Under the pieces are notes generated by a model. The model saw nothing but the letters and a program-made list of their open reading frames with translations, did not search any database and was not told the origin of the DNA. Both the position numbers and the translations under genes were made by a program. Positions 35,479 to 44,466 of a DNA stretch of 60,039 bases are shown one piece after another. Location of the stretch: positions 1 to 60,039 of the forward strand of contig DATAOD010000069.1 of NCBI GenBank assembly GCA_036265975.1. Direction: 5' to 3'. Numbering within the stretch: position 1 is the first letter of the stretch; every line of letters starts with the position of its first letter. The DNA is from Candidatus Limnocylindria bacterium. GTDB taxonomy: Bacteria; Chloroflexota; Limnocylindria; QHBO01.

Positions 35479-36485
35479 GCTCGCGCCTCGGCCAGCTCGT
35501 CCTTCGGCTGGCGGCCCATCAGCTCGGCCACGGCAGCCATCGGCGGCCGCCCGTCATGGATGACGGCCGCAACCTGTTCGGCGATGGGCAGCTCCACGCG
35601 GTGCGCGGCAGCCAGCGCCAGGGCGCCGTGGACGGTGGTCACGCCCTCCGCCACGCCATTCAGCTGCGCGGAGGCATCGGGCCAGGGAATTCCCGAGCCG
35701 ATGAGCTCGCCAGCTCGCCGGTTGCGCGACAGCGGGCTCATGCAGGTGGCGATCAGGTCACCAACACCGGCCAGGCCGGCGAAGGTCATGGGATGCGCGC
35801 CCGCGGCCACGCCCAGTCGCGTGATCTCGGCCAGGCCACGGGTCACGATGCCGGCCTTGGCCGAGTCGCCGAAGCCCAGCCCGTCCACCATGCCGGCCGC
35901 CAGCGCCACCACGTTCTTCAGGGCGCCGCTCAGCTCGACGCCGACCACGTCGGGGTTCGTGTACACGCGGAAGTGATCCGATCCCAGCAACGACGACATC
36001 TCCTGCGCCAGGTTCGCGTCGGCCGAGGCAACCACGGTCCCCGCCGGCTTGCCGGCCGCAATCTCGCGCGCCAGGTTGGGGCCGGATAGCACCGCCACCC
36101 CGCGACCCGGCAGCTCCTGGTTCACCACCTCGCTCATCCGCAGGTGGCTGTCGGCCTCGATGCCCTTTACCAGGCTCAGCAGCGCGGCATTCGGATCCAA
36201 AAAGGGCTTCAACTGCCGCAAGGTCTGCCGCAGATGGGCCGATGGCACGGCCAGCAGGTAGGCGCGGTGCGGCTCGGCCAGGAACGCGTCGTCGGTGGCG
36301 ATCCGGACGTTCGGCGGGAGGGTGACACCCGGCAGGTAGCGGTGATTTTCGCGATGCGCCTCCAGCTCGTTGGCCGCCTCGGCGGTGTGCGCCCAGAGGC
36401 TGACCGGCCGCTCCCCGGCGGCCAGCATCACGGCCAGGGTCGTGCCCCAGGCCCCGGCGCCGATGACCCCGATCTGCCCCGTCAC
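35475..36485 (-). CDS. gpsA: NAD(P)H-dependent glycerol-3-phosphate dehydrogenase
   Basis: Rossmann GVIGAGAWGT start, plus the GALKNVVALAAGM and GLAGVGDLIATC motifs. Confidence 0.9.
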   Translation of the reverse strand: MTGQIGVIGAGAWGTTLAVMLAAGERPVSLWAHTAEAANELEAHRENHRYLPGVTLPPNVRIATDDAFLAEPHRAYLLAVPSAHLRQTLRQLKPFLDPNAALLSLVKGIEADSHLRMSEVVNQELPGRGVAVLSGPNLAREIAAGKPAGTVVASADANLAQEMSSLLGSDHFRVYTNPDVVGVELSGALKNVVALAAGMVDGLGFGDSAKAGIVTRGLAEITRLGVAAGAHPMTFAGLAGVGDLIATCMSPLSRNRRAGELIGSGIPWPDASAQLNGVAEGVTTVHGALALAAAHRVELPIAEQVAAVIHDGRPPMAAVAELMGRQPKDELAEARA

Positions 36486-36513
36486 GCTTCGTTGCTGCTA
36501 TTGGACGGCGTGG

Positions 36514-36816
36514 CTATTCGACTGCGATCTGCTCGCGCTCGACCGGCTGCGCTGCCTGCTCCTCGTCGAGCTTCTTGATCCAGTGGTCGAGGTAGCTGCG
36601 CGCGGCCATCAGCTGCTCGCGGCCTGCGGCCTTCATATGCTTGCGGGTCTCCTGTGGGAACAGATCGTGCATCAGCGCCCAGAAAGCCGTCTCGATCCCC
36701 TCCCGGCGGCTCCCACCGCCGCTGCCACTGCCGGCATGCATGCGGCGTTCGAGATCGCCGATTCTGGCCTCCAGGTCATCGGCCCGGTGTTGGTCATCCA
36801 CGCTTGCCACCTCCAT
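36514..36816 (-). CDS. Hypothetical 100-aa helical protein
   Basis: High third-position GC consistent with coding. Acidic coiled-coil N-terminus, Gly/Ser linker, helical C-terminus. Start overlaps the 3' end of the ArsA-like gene by 23 nt. No family recognised. Confidence 0.55.
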   Translation of the reverse strand: MEVASVDDQHRADDLEARIGDLERRMHAGSGSGGGSRREGIETAFWALMHDLFPQETRKHMKAAGREQLMAARSYLDHWIKKLDEEQAAQPVEREQIAVE

Positions 36817-37993
36817 TGGTCATCCGCGGCTCGGCTGCGAACCGAATCTTCAGCACATGGTCGTCGAACTTTGCGCCGAGCGTCGGCGCGTCGATGAGGA
36901 TCCGCGGCAGCACCAGGTTCCGCCGCCAGTTGCCGACGTCGATCATGATCTCGTCCGCGTGCCGCGACAGGGCGATCTCGTCCTTCGCCGCGAACGGAAG
37001 CTCGACGCTGAGCAGGAACTCGCCGTCCTGGCGCTCCACGGTGTACGGCCGACCGTGGTAGAAGTGCGAGGTCGGGTCGGTGTCCTCGTAGATCGCGCGG
37101 CCGAGCTCGCGAAGCATCTCGACCCCCACCACCTCGCGGTCGAAGAACGGCGCGGTGCGCACCGGGATGGGGGCGAAGGTCTGCTCCACCATCGGGCCAT
37201 AGCGCTGCTGCGCCTCGTACCAGCCGCGGAAATACTGCCACTGGTGGTCGGGCAGGATCCGGTTGGCGACCACCAGGTCGGTGGGATAGCCGTACAGGTG
37301 GAAATACGTGAACGAGCGCTGCGCCTCCTTGATCACCACCTGCTCGAGCGTGAGCACGACCCTGATCGATGTCTTGGCCGGGTCGATCAGCAGCGCGTGC
37401 ATATGCTCGAGCTTCCGGAACAGCTCTTCGCCCGCGTCGAACACGTCGCCGCCGGGCATTGGCATGCCGACCACCCGCTGGATCAGCGGACCGGTGAGCT
37501 TGGAGATGCGGCGCCCAATGGGCTCGATCTTCTCCATCCACCAGCGGCCCGCTTCTGGCAACGAGAGCAGCCGCAGCGTCTCGCCGGTGGGGGCTGCGTC
37601 CACGACCACGACGTCGTAGTCGCCGGAGTCGTGGTGCTCGGCGATCCACAGCAGGCTGCCGACCTCATCCATGCCGGGCAGCACGGTCATCTCGTCGGCC
37701 ATCACGTCGTCCAGGCCGCGCCAACGCAGGACGCTGGCGGCGTATTCCTGGATCCGGCCCCAGTACTTCTGCACGTTGTGGAAGACCTCGGATTCTTGGC
37801 CCCACAGGTTCGGCACGATCTGCGTCGGTTCGGGGCCGAGCTCCACCGCGAATGCGTCGCCAAGGGAGTGCGCGATGTCCGTCGACAGCACAATGGTGCG
37901 CAGGCCGCGATCCGCGCAGTGCAGCGCTGTGGCGGCTGCCACGCTCGTCTTCCCCACGCCGCCCTTGCCGGTGTAGACCAGGATCCGCGTCAC
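36794..37993 (-). CDS. ArsA/GET3(TRC40)-family ATPase
   Basis: Deviant Walker A ILVYTGKGGVGKTSVAAATA, a DTAPTGHTL-like VVDAAPTGETLRLL switch region, single ATPase unit of 399 aa. Confidence 0.85.
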   Translation of the reverse strand: MTRILVYTGKGGVGKTSVAAATALHCADRGLRTIVLSTDIAHSLGDAFAVELGPEPTQIVPNLWGQESEVFHNVQKYWGRIQEYAASVLRWRGLDDVMADEMTVLPGMDEVGSLLWIAEHHDSGDYDVVVVDAAPTGETLRLLSLPEAGRWWMEKIEPIGRRISKLTGPLIQRVVGMPMPGGDVFDAGEELFRKLEHMHALLIDPAKTSIRVVLTLEQVVIKEAQRSFTYFHLYGYPTDLVVANRILPDHQWQYFRGWYEAQQRYGPMVEQTFAPIPVRTAPFFDREVVGVEMLRELGRAIYEDTDPTSHFYHGRPYTVERQDGEFLLSVELPFAAKDEIALSRHADEIMIDVGNWRRNLVLPRILIDAPTLGAKFDDHVLKIRFAAEPRMTNGGGKRG

Positions 37994-38288
37994 CCGTGCA
38001 TTGTGGCGCGTATCGCTGCGGCTCGGCCGGCGGAGGTTCCTGGGAGTCGGCTCTGGTTCGCGCGACGCGCCTGGCGCCTGCGACTCGGGCAGATATTCAC
38101 GTGATCAACATTGCCATCGGTTCCCGGCCGACGAAGGCGCCAGCTTGTGCGGCTGGTGGCAATCCGACCAGGTTCTTGGCCGCGACCACACTCAGCGCCG
38201 CTGCGAACCTGCGCCAGCAGCGCCGCAAACTTCGACAAGCTGAACATTTGCGCAGATTGCCGCTGGATCCGCGCCACCCGTGGCCTGG

Positions 38289-39734
38289 TCAGCGGCGTTT
38301 CCGAGCAGCCACGCGGCGGCGCGGGCGGGCTGAGCGGCGCGCGGCTTCCTCCGAGGCGCGCTGGCGGAAGATGAGGCGGATCGGCGTGCCCAGGAACCCG
38401 TACTCGTCCCGAATCCGGTTCTCCAGGTAGCGCCGATAGCTGAAGTGGATCAGCTCGGGGTCGTTGACGAAGACGACGAAGGTCGGTGGCGCGACCGCCA
38501 CCTGGGTCGCGTACAGCACCTTGCCCAACCGGTTGCGCACGTGGGATGGCGGATGAGCGCGGACCGCATCGGTCACCACCCGATTGAGGTCGGCGGTGGG
38601 CACGCGCCGATAGCGCTCGTCGGCGACACGGCGCGCCTCGCGCAGGATGCGCTCTACGCGCTGGCCAGTCATGGCTGACGCGAAGACGATGTCGGCCCAG
38701 ACCAGGTACGGCGCCTCGCGGCGCAGCACCTTCAGCCACTCATCCGCGGTATGGCCGTCCTTCTCCACCGCGTCCCACTTGTTCAGGACCAGCACGATGC
38801 CCTTGCCGGCCTCGAGCACGTGGCCGACCACGTGCGCGTCCTGCGCCGTGTAGCCCTCGATCGCATCGGTCATGACGACCGCCACATCGGCCCGATCGAT
38901 GGCTTTCATGGAGCGCAGGACCGAATAGCGCTCGATCCCCTGCTGCACCGAGCCGCGACGGCGGATGCCGGCGGTGTCGACCAGCACCATCGGCTCGTCG
39001 TCGACCACCACCGTGGTGTCCACCGGGTCCCGGGTGGTGCCGGGGATATCCGAGACGATCATTCGCTCCTGGCCCAGCACGCGGTTGACGAAGGTGGACT
39101 TGCCGGTGTTCGGGCGGCCGACGATAGCGACCCGAGGTGGGCCCATCTCCGTTTCCGCCAGCTCCTCCAGGTCGCCTGGCGCTACATCGTCATCGGTCCA
39201 GCCAGGTGCCTGCTCGGCAGCCGATGGAGGCGGCAGCGCGTCAACCAGCAGATCCGCCAGGTCGCCGGTGTTGCGGCCGTGCTGCGCACTGACAGTGATG
39301 GCCGGGTCCATGCCGAGCGCGTAGAACTCGGCGCCCTCCAGCTCACGGCGGGGGTTGTCGGCCTTGTTGATGACCAGGATGCTTGGCTTGGAGGTGCGCC
39401 GGAGCCTATCCGCCAGCTCATGGTCGAGCGGCGCCAGGCCGGCCGCGGCGTCCACCACGAACAGGATGACGTCCGCTTCTTCCATCGCGACGCGGGCCTG
39501 GTCCTGGACCCTCTCCTCGATGTGGCTGCCCGGCTCCAGCTCCAGGCCTCCGGTATCCACCAGCGTGAAGCGGCGGCCGTTCCATTCGCCGATGCCATAG
39601 ACGCGATCGCGGGTCGTCCCCGGGACGTCCTCCACGATCGCCAGCCGCTCCCCGATGAGCCGGTTGAACAGCGTTGACTTGCCGACGTTTGGTCGCCCGA
39701 CGATGGCAACCACGGGCAGGGAGGCGGATGGCAT
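38289..39734 (-). CDS. der: Ribosome biogenesis GTPase Der (EngA)
   Basis: Two tandem GTPase domains (GRPNVGKST...DTGG...NKAD and GRPNTGKST...DTAG...NKWD) plus a KH-like C-terminus. Confidence 0.92.
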   Translation of the reverse strand: MPSASLPVVAIVGRPNVGKSTLFNRLIGERLAIVEDVPGTTRDRVYGIGEWNGRRFTLVDTGGLELEPGSHIEERVQDQARVAMEEADVILFVVDAAAGLAPLDHELADRLRRTSKPSILVINKADNPRRELEGAEFYALGMDPAITVSAQHGRNTGDLADLLVDALPPPSAAEQAPGWTDDDVAPGDLEELAETEMGPPRVAIVGRPNTGKSTFVNRVLGQERMIVSDIPGTTRDPVDTTVVVDDEPMVLVDTAGIRRRGSVQQGIERYSVLRSMKAIDRADVAVVMTDAIEGYTAQDAHVVGHVLEAGKGIVLVLNKWDAVEKDGHTADEWLKVLRREAPYLVWADIVFASAMTGQRVERILREARRVADERYRRVPTADLNRVVTDAVRAHPPSHVRNRLGKVLYATQVAVAPPTFVVFVNDPELIHFSYRRYLENRIRDEYGFLGTPIRLIFRQRASEEAARRSARPRRRVAARKRR

Positions 39735-39743
39735 GCCCGCAGT

Positions 39744-42700
39744 CTAGGCAGGTCCCTTCGCGATCAGCTCGCGCATCCGCTGCGCGGCAACCAGGTTGCC
39801 CTTCGACTCGTGGTCAGCCAGTGCCTGCAGGAGCGCGGCGTTCCAGGCCTCGGGCCTTCCCGCCTTTGCTTCCACGTGTGCGCGCGCCTCATACACGTCC
39901 GCGCGAAGCTCCAGGAAGTCAGTGGGCTCAATCAATGCGACCGCCTCGGCAATCAGGGTCTCCGCCTCGCGCTGCGCGCCCTCGTCGGCTGCCGCCATGG
40001 CAGCGACCAGTCGCCAGCCGGCCTGGGTGGAAATGTCATCCGGGGCGCCAGTTTTCTGGGCGAGCGAGATGGCTGCCTTCATTTCTTCGAGGCGACCGAG
40101 GCGATACAGGACGTGAGCCTGGAACGAGGCCAATGTCGAGAGCACTCCGGTCTCGCCCACGCGTTGCAGGAGCTCGATCCCGGCCGATAGCTCGGCCTCG
40201 GCCGCTTCGAGATATCCGGCGAGCATCTCGATCCGGCCCGTTGACAAGGGAATGCTGCCCAGACGAAGCAGCATGCCTCGCTCCTCGAAGAAGCGCCTAG
40301 CCGCATCGACCCGCGACCGTGCTTCGTCGAAGCGTCCGCGCATCGCGAGGAGCGGTGCCGTGTCGATCAGCAGGTTCGCGGCTGGAGTCGAATCCTCCTT
40401 CGCTGCCGCTTCGATGCGGGCAATCGCTTCATCCGACGGCACAGGTCCCCAATGCAGCGAGTTCCTGATCATCCCCGAGATGCGCATCCAGAGTCGGGGG
40501 TCTTCGTCACGGTTCAGTAGAGGGCGAGCCCTCTCGAGCGCCCGGAGGTTGTCCATCCACTGGCAATGGTTGAGGAACACCATCGCTCGGGAGTGCTCAG
40601 CCACGGCCAGCGCCTTGCTGTCGCCGCGCTGCTCGGCCATGGCGGCGAGGCGGTCTGCGGTTGCTACCAGGCCGGCCTCATCTGATGAGGGGTTTGTGGT
40701 CTGCTCGAAAACGGCGCGCTCCAGCTCGGCGCGCACCGTAAGGAGCTCGTCATCGGCGCGTACCGCGGCTTCCCGAGCCTCCAGGAACATGCGATTCGCT
40801 CCCTGGACGTCACCGAGCAGCGCCATCGCGTCGGCGACGTCAAGAAGGAGGACAACTCGCTCTCGCTCGTCACGTGTAAGGGCCGCTGCCCGCGACAGAA
40901 GGCTCGCCGCAGCATGGGTGTCGTCTCGTGCCCTGGCGCGCAGACCTGCGGCCCTCAACCGTCCGGCGGCCCGATCACGCAGTCCTGTTGTCAGCTCGTC
41001 GGTGAGGCCCAGCTCTGAGCGATATTGATATGCCTGCTCGACGTGGTAGCCGATCACCTCCTCGTACTCGATCAGCCGTTCTCCGGCGATGCGCTCCAGC
41101 CAGTCTGCAAAGCGGGCGTGGAGATCGGCCCGTTGCTCCTTGGTGAGCGATGCGTACGCAGCGTCACGGACCAGGAGGTGCCGGAAGCGGAACGCCTCGT
41201 CCCCGACCGCGGCCGATCTGTCCGGCCGGACAAGCTCCTTGCGCACCAGCATCATGAGGCGCGTGCCGAGATCGGTCCGCCCCTCCGGCGGGGAGAGCTC
41301 CGTCACTGCCGAGCGCTGGAAGATCTTGCCGACCACCGAAGCGCGACCGATGAGATCTCGCTCCATCGGTTCAAGGTGGTCGAGCCGGGCGGCCACCAGC
41401 GCCGAGATGCTGGGGGGCACCGCAAGCGTCCCCAAATCGCCAACCGCCTGCCAGCCACCGTCCTCGCGCCGCAGGATGCCCTGATCGCGCAGCATCCCCA
41501 CCAGCTCCTCGACGAATAGCGGATTCCCCTCGGCGGTATCGCCGATTTGCTCCTGGAGCGTGCGCGCCAGGTCCGCGTCCTCGACGAGGTTGGCGATCAG
41601 GGCGGCCGAATCCTCCGCGGCCAGCGGTTCGAGCAGGATCGTCGTCGCGTTCAGCTTGCCGCCGCCCCACTGCGGGCGCGCGTCAAGCAGCTCCGGGCGA
41701 GCGATCGCCAGTAACAGAATCGGTGCTTCGCGCGACCAGTCGGCGATGTGCTCAACCAGGTCCAGCATGGTTGGCTCGGCCCAGTGGAGGTCGTCAATGA
41801 CCACGATCAGCGGCTTCGCGGTGGCGACCGCCTCGAGGAACTTGCGGACGCCCCAGAACGCCTCCTGGGTGGGCACGACGTCGGAAGAGAGGCCGATGGT
41901 GGGACAGACGCGGTCAAGGATTGGATCGCGCTCCGGCACTTCCTCGAGCAGGGTTCGCAGCTTCTCGACGGCAGACGCCGGCGATTCATCGATCTCGATG
42001 CCGGCGGCCGCCTGCGCGAGCTCGATCACCGGCCAGAAGGTGATGCCCTCGCCGTAGGGGAGGCATCGGGCCCTGAGCACCTGGGCGCGCTCACGCATCT
42101 CGCCCAGGAACTCGTGCACGAGCCGCGACTTGCCAACTCCCGCCGTCCCGAGCAGCGTGAACAGGTAGCAGGCCTGCTCCTCGTTGGCCCGATCGAATGC
42201 CTCCCGCAGGAGCTGCAGCTCCCGGCGGCGGCCGACGAGCGGCGTGTCATGCCGGCGCATCGGCCCGCCCTCGCCCACGTTCGTCAGCCGGAAGGCCGGC
42301 ATCGGCTCTGCCTTGCCCTTCAGCTCGAGCGGAGGTATCGGCTCAGCCTCGACCTGATCCCGCACCAGCCGATGGGTCGTTTCGCCAAGGAGGATCTCGT
42401 CGGGATCGGCCGCCTGTTCGAGCCGAGCGGCGACGTTCACCGCGTCGCCGGTGACCAAGGTGTGACCCTGGGCTGCTTCGCCGGCGACCACCTCGCCGGT
42501 GTTGACGCCGATGCGGAGCAAGATCGGAGACCAGCCTGCGCCGGCGAGCTCCTGGTTCAGCAGCACCACGGACGAGCGCATCTCGCTGGCGGCACGCACG
42601 GCACGCAGCGCGTCGTCCTCGTGCAGCACGGGGATGCCGAAGACCGCCATGACCGCATCACCAATGAACTTCTCGACACTTCCGCCGTGCCGCTCGATCA

Positions 42701-42920
42701 CCGATCGCATCGCGTCGAAGTAGCGCGACAGCATGCGTCGCGTGGACTCCGGATCGGTCCGCTCTCCGAGGCTCGTTGAGCCGACCACGTCAGCGAAGAC
42801 GATGGTCACCGTCTTGCGGACTTCAGCTGCCGCTGGCGCGCCTTCGAGCGCGGTGCCGCAGCTCAGGCAGAAGCGCGCCCGCTCGGGGTTTTCCTCGGCG
42901 CAGTTCGGGCATCGAATCAT
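39744..42920 (-). CDS. Zinc-ribbon / class III cyclase domain / AAA_16-type STAND ATPase / TPR-like protein
   Basis: Starts MIRCPNCAEENPERARFCLSCG. CHD motifs: VTIVFADVVGST, KFIGDAVMAVFG, GVNTGEVVAG, GDAVNVAARL. P-loop GTAGVGKS with VVIDDLHWAE. About 600 aa of helical repeats follow. Start trimmed from 43400 to the ATG at 42920. Confidence 0.85.
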   Translation of the reverse strand: MIRCPNCAEENPERARFCLSCGTALEGAPAAAEVRKTVTIVFADVVGSTSLGERTDPESTRRMLSRYFDAMRSVIERHGGSVEKFIGDAVMAVFGIPVLHEDDALRAVRAASEMRSSVVLLNQELAGAGWSPILLRIGVNTGEVVAGEAAQGHTLVTGDAVNVAARLEQAADPDEILLGETTHRLVRDQVEAEPIPPLELKGKAEPMPAFRLTNVGEGGPMRRHDTPLVGRRRELQLLREAFDRANEEQACYLFTLLGTAGVGKSRLVHEFLGEMRERAQVLRARCLPYGEGITFWPVIELAQAAAGIEIDESPASAVEKLRTLLEEVPERDPILDRVCPTIGLSSDVVPTQEAFWGVRKFLEAVATAKPLIVVIDDLHWAEPTMLDLVEHIADWSREAPILLLAIARPELLDARPQWGGGKLNATTILLEPLAAEDSAALIANLVEDADLARTLQEQIGDTAEGNPLFVEELVGMLRDQGILRREDGGWQAVGDLGTLAVPPSISALVAARLDHLEPMERDLIGRASVVGKIFQRSAVTELSPPEGRTDLGTRLMMLVRKELVRPDRSAAVGDEAFRFRHLLVRDAAYASLTKEQRADLHARFADWLERIAGERLIEYEEVIGYHVEQAYQYRSELGLTDELTTGLRDRAAGRLRAAGLRARARDDTHAAASLLSRAAALTRDERERVVLLLDVADAMALLGDVQGANRMFLEAREAAVRADDELLTVRAELERAVFEQTTNPSSDEAGLVATADRLAAMAEQRGDSKALAVAEHSRAMVFLNHCQWMDNLRALERARPLLNRDEDPRLWMRISGMIRNSLHWGPVPSDEAIARIEAAAKEDSTPAANLLIDTAPLLAMRGRFDEARSRVDAARRFFEERGMLLRLGSIPLSTGRIEMLAGYLEAAEAELSAGIELLQRVGETGVLSTLASFQAHVLYRLGRLEEMKAAISLAQKTGAPDDISTQAGWRLVAAMAAADEGAQREAETLIAEAVALIEPTDFLELRADVYEARAHVEAKAGRPEAWNAALLQALADHESKGNLVAAQRMRELIAKGPA

Positions 42921-42978
42921 GTCGAGGCGAGTGTACGGGGCGCGTCGATGCAATCCGTGCTCAGTCCACGCCGATAGG

Positions 42979-44250
42979 ATGAGCGCCATGCGCATCGGGA
43001 TCGTCTCCACGCGGCTGGCGGGCGTCGATGGCGTGACGTTCGAGACCGCCAAGTGGGAGATGGCACTGGAGCGCATGGGCCACCAGGTCGCGCTGTGCGC
43101 CGGCGAGGTCGACGCGCTGCGCGCCAGCGCCCGACTGATCCCACCGATGCACTTCGGGTGGCCACCGGCCGCTCGCGTCACCGCAGCGGCCTTCGACCCG
43201 GACAGCGACCCGCAGGCCGTGCGCGAGGAGCTGGAGCGGCTGACCGGCCTGCTCTTTCCAGTGCTCGACCACTGGGTCGAGAGCGAGGCGATCGACACGC
43301 TGATCGTGGAGAACGCGTGGGCCATCCCCATGCACCTGCCGCTGGGACTTGCACTGCGGCGGGTGGTCGAGAACCGGATGCTGCGGACGATCAGCCACAA
43401 CCACGACTACTGGTGGGAGCGCGAGCGCTTCGCACAGTGCGTGGTGCCGGAGGTGCTGGCGCATGCCTTCCCGCCAGACCTGCCGAACGTGCGGCATGTC
43501 AGCATCAACTCCATCGCCGCCGGCGAGCTGCGGCGGCGCCGGGGCCTCGCATCCATGGTGGTGCCGAACGTCTTCGACTTCGAGAAGCCGCGGCCACGCC
43601 CGCACCCCGCCACCCGGCGGCGGATGCGCAACGAGCTCGGCATGGGCGAGGGCGGCCTGCTGGTCGTGCAGCCGACCCGCGTGGTGCCACGCAAGGGCAT
43701 CGAGCTGGCGATCGAGCTGGTCAGCAGGCTGGGCGATCCCGAGTCGGTGCTGCTCATAACCTCCCCCGCCGGCGACGAGGGCCTGGACTACCTCGTCCAG
43801 CTCGAGCGGCTGGCCGAGCAGCGCGGGGTCCAGCTGCGCTATGCCGCGGACCGCTTCGAGCCGGACCTGGACGGCAAGCCCGTGCGCCCCGCCAACACGC
43901 TCCACGACGCGTACCTGGCGGCCGACCTGATCACCTATCCCTCGCTGTACGAGGGCTACGGCAACGCGCTGATCGAGGCCATCTTCTACGGCAAGCCCGT
44001 GGTCGTGAACCGATATCCGGTGTACGTGTCGGATATCGCGCCCCTTGGCCTGAAGTTCATCGAGATCGACGGCGAAGTGACCGACGCGACCGTGGCCGCG
44101 GTCCGCCACGCCCTGGCGCATCCGGAATCCCAGGCGCGGATCGCTGCCCACAATTACGACATCGCGCGACGGCGCCTCTCCTACAAGGTGCTCCGCCGCC
44201 GCCTGCGGCGGCTGCTGGGCGAAGTGGTCGGCGGCGTGACCGGCGGCTAG
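42979..44250 (+). CDS. GT4-family (group 1) glycosyltransferase
   Basis: GT-B fold with C-terminal E-x7-E region YPSLYEGYGNALIEAIFYGKPVV. Only the last 423 codons of the 505-aa track ORF are used (alternative ATG at 42988). Confidence 0.82.
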   Translation: MSAMRIGIVSTRLAGVDGVTFETAKWEMALERMGHQVALCAGEVDALRASARLIPPMHFGWPPAARVTAAAFDPDSDPQAVREELERLTGLLFPVLDHWVESEAIDTLIVENAWAIPMHLPLGLALRRVVENRMLRTISHNHDYWWERERFAQCVVPEVLAHAFPPDLPNVRHVSINSIAAGELRRRRGLASMVVPNVFDFEKPRPRPHPATRRRMRNELGMGEGGLLVVQPTRVVPRKGIELAIELVSRLGDPESVLLITSPAGDEGLDYLVQLERLAEQRGVQLRYAADRFEPDLDGKPVRPANTLHDAYLAADLITYPSLYEGYGNALIEAIFYGKPVVVNRYPVYVSDIAPLGLKFIEIDGEVTDATVAAVRHALAHPESQARIAAHNYDIARRRLSYKVLRRRLRRLLGEVVGGVTGG

Positions 44251-44270
44251 CGCCCGTCCCGTTCGGGCGC
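44250..44270 (+). terminator. GC-rich hairpin immediately after the glycosyltransferase stop
   Basis: GCGCCCG-tcccgtt-CGGGCGC starts in the TAG stop codon. No U-tract. Confidence 0.3.
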
Positions 44271-44298
44271 GGACTCGCCGCTCACCGAGCGCCGAACG

Positions 44299-44432
44299 GT
44301 CCTAATTCACACCAGGGGAGCACTAGCGGACGGAAATGGCCCCCGAGGGCGCCTAATTCACGCCCGGTGACGCATTAGGTAGCAAAACAAAGCTCGCCCG
44401 CGAGTTAACGCTCTGCACACGTGAATTAGGAC
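44299..44432. repeat. AT-rich repeat element: 3 full copies plus 1 degenerate copy of CCTAATTCAC in nested inverted arrangement
   Basis: Copies at 44301-44310 and 44352-44361 (direct) and 44421-44430 (inverted). Outer 12-nt arms GTCCTAATTCAC / GTGAATTAGGAC are perfect complements. Copy 2 pairs with the degenerate GTGA-cgc-ATTAGG at 44367-44379. Confidence 0.55.
44381..44406 (-). terminator. Possible intrinsic terminator of ispH
   Basis: On the minus strand, a short hairpin CTCG-CGGG-CGAG is followed by TTTGTTTTGCT, an unusual T-run for this genome. Lies 60-85 nt after the ispH stop. The stem is short. Confidence 0.35.
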
Positions 44433-44466
44433 AGCCGGGTCAAGGAGCGGCTGCTGCCGGGTGTGC

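Noticed and set aside
42921-43400. 160-codon N-terminal extension of the second cyclase ORF
   Set aside because: The extension is Ser/Ala/Arg-rich and runs antisense into the glycosyltransferase gene. The zinc-ribbon MIRCPNC at 42920 is a natural N-terminus. The same reasoning was applied to extensions at 3836-4222, 8035-8205, 11254-11481, 18527-18742, 20840-21025 and 58723-58968.
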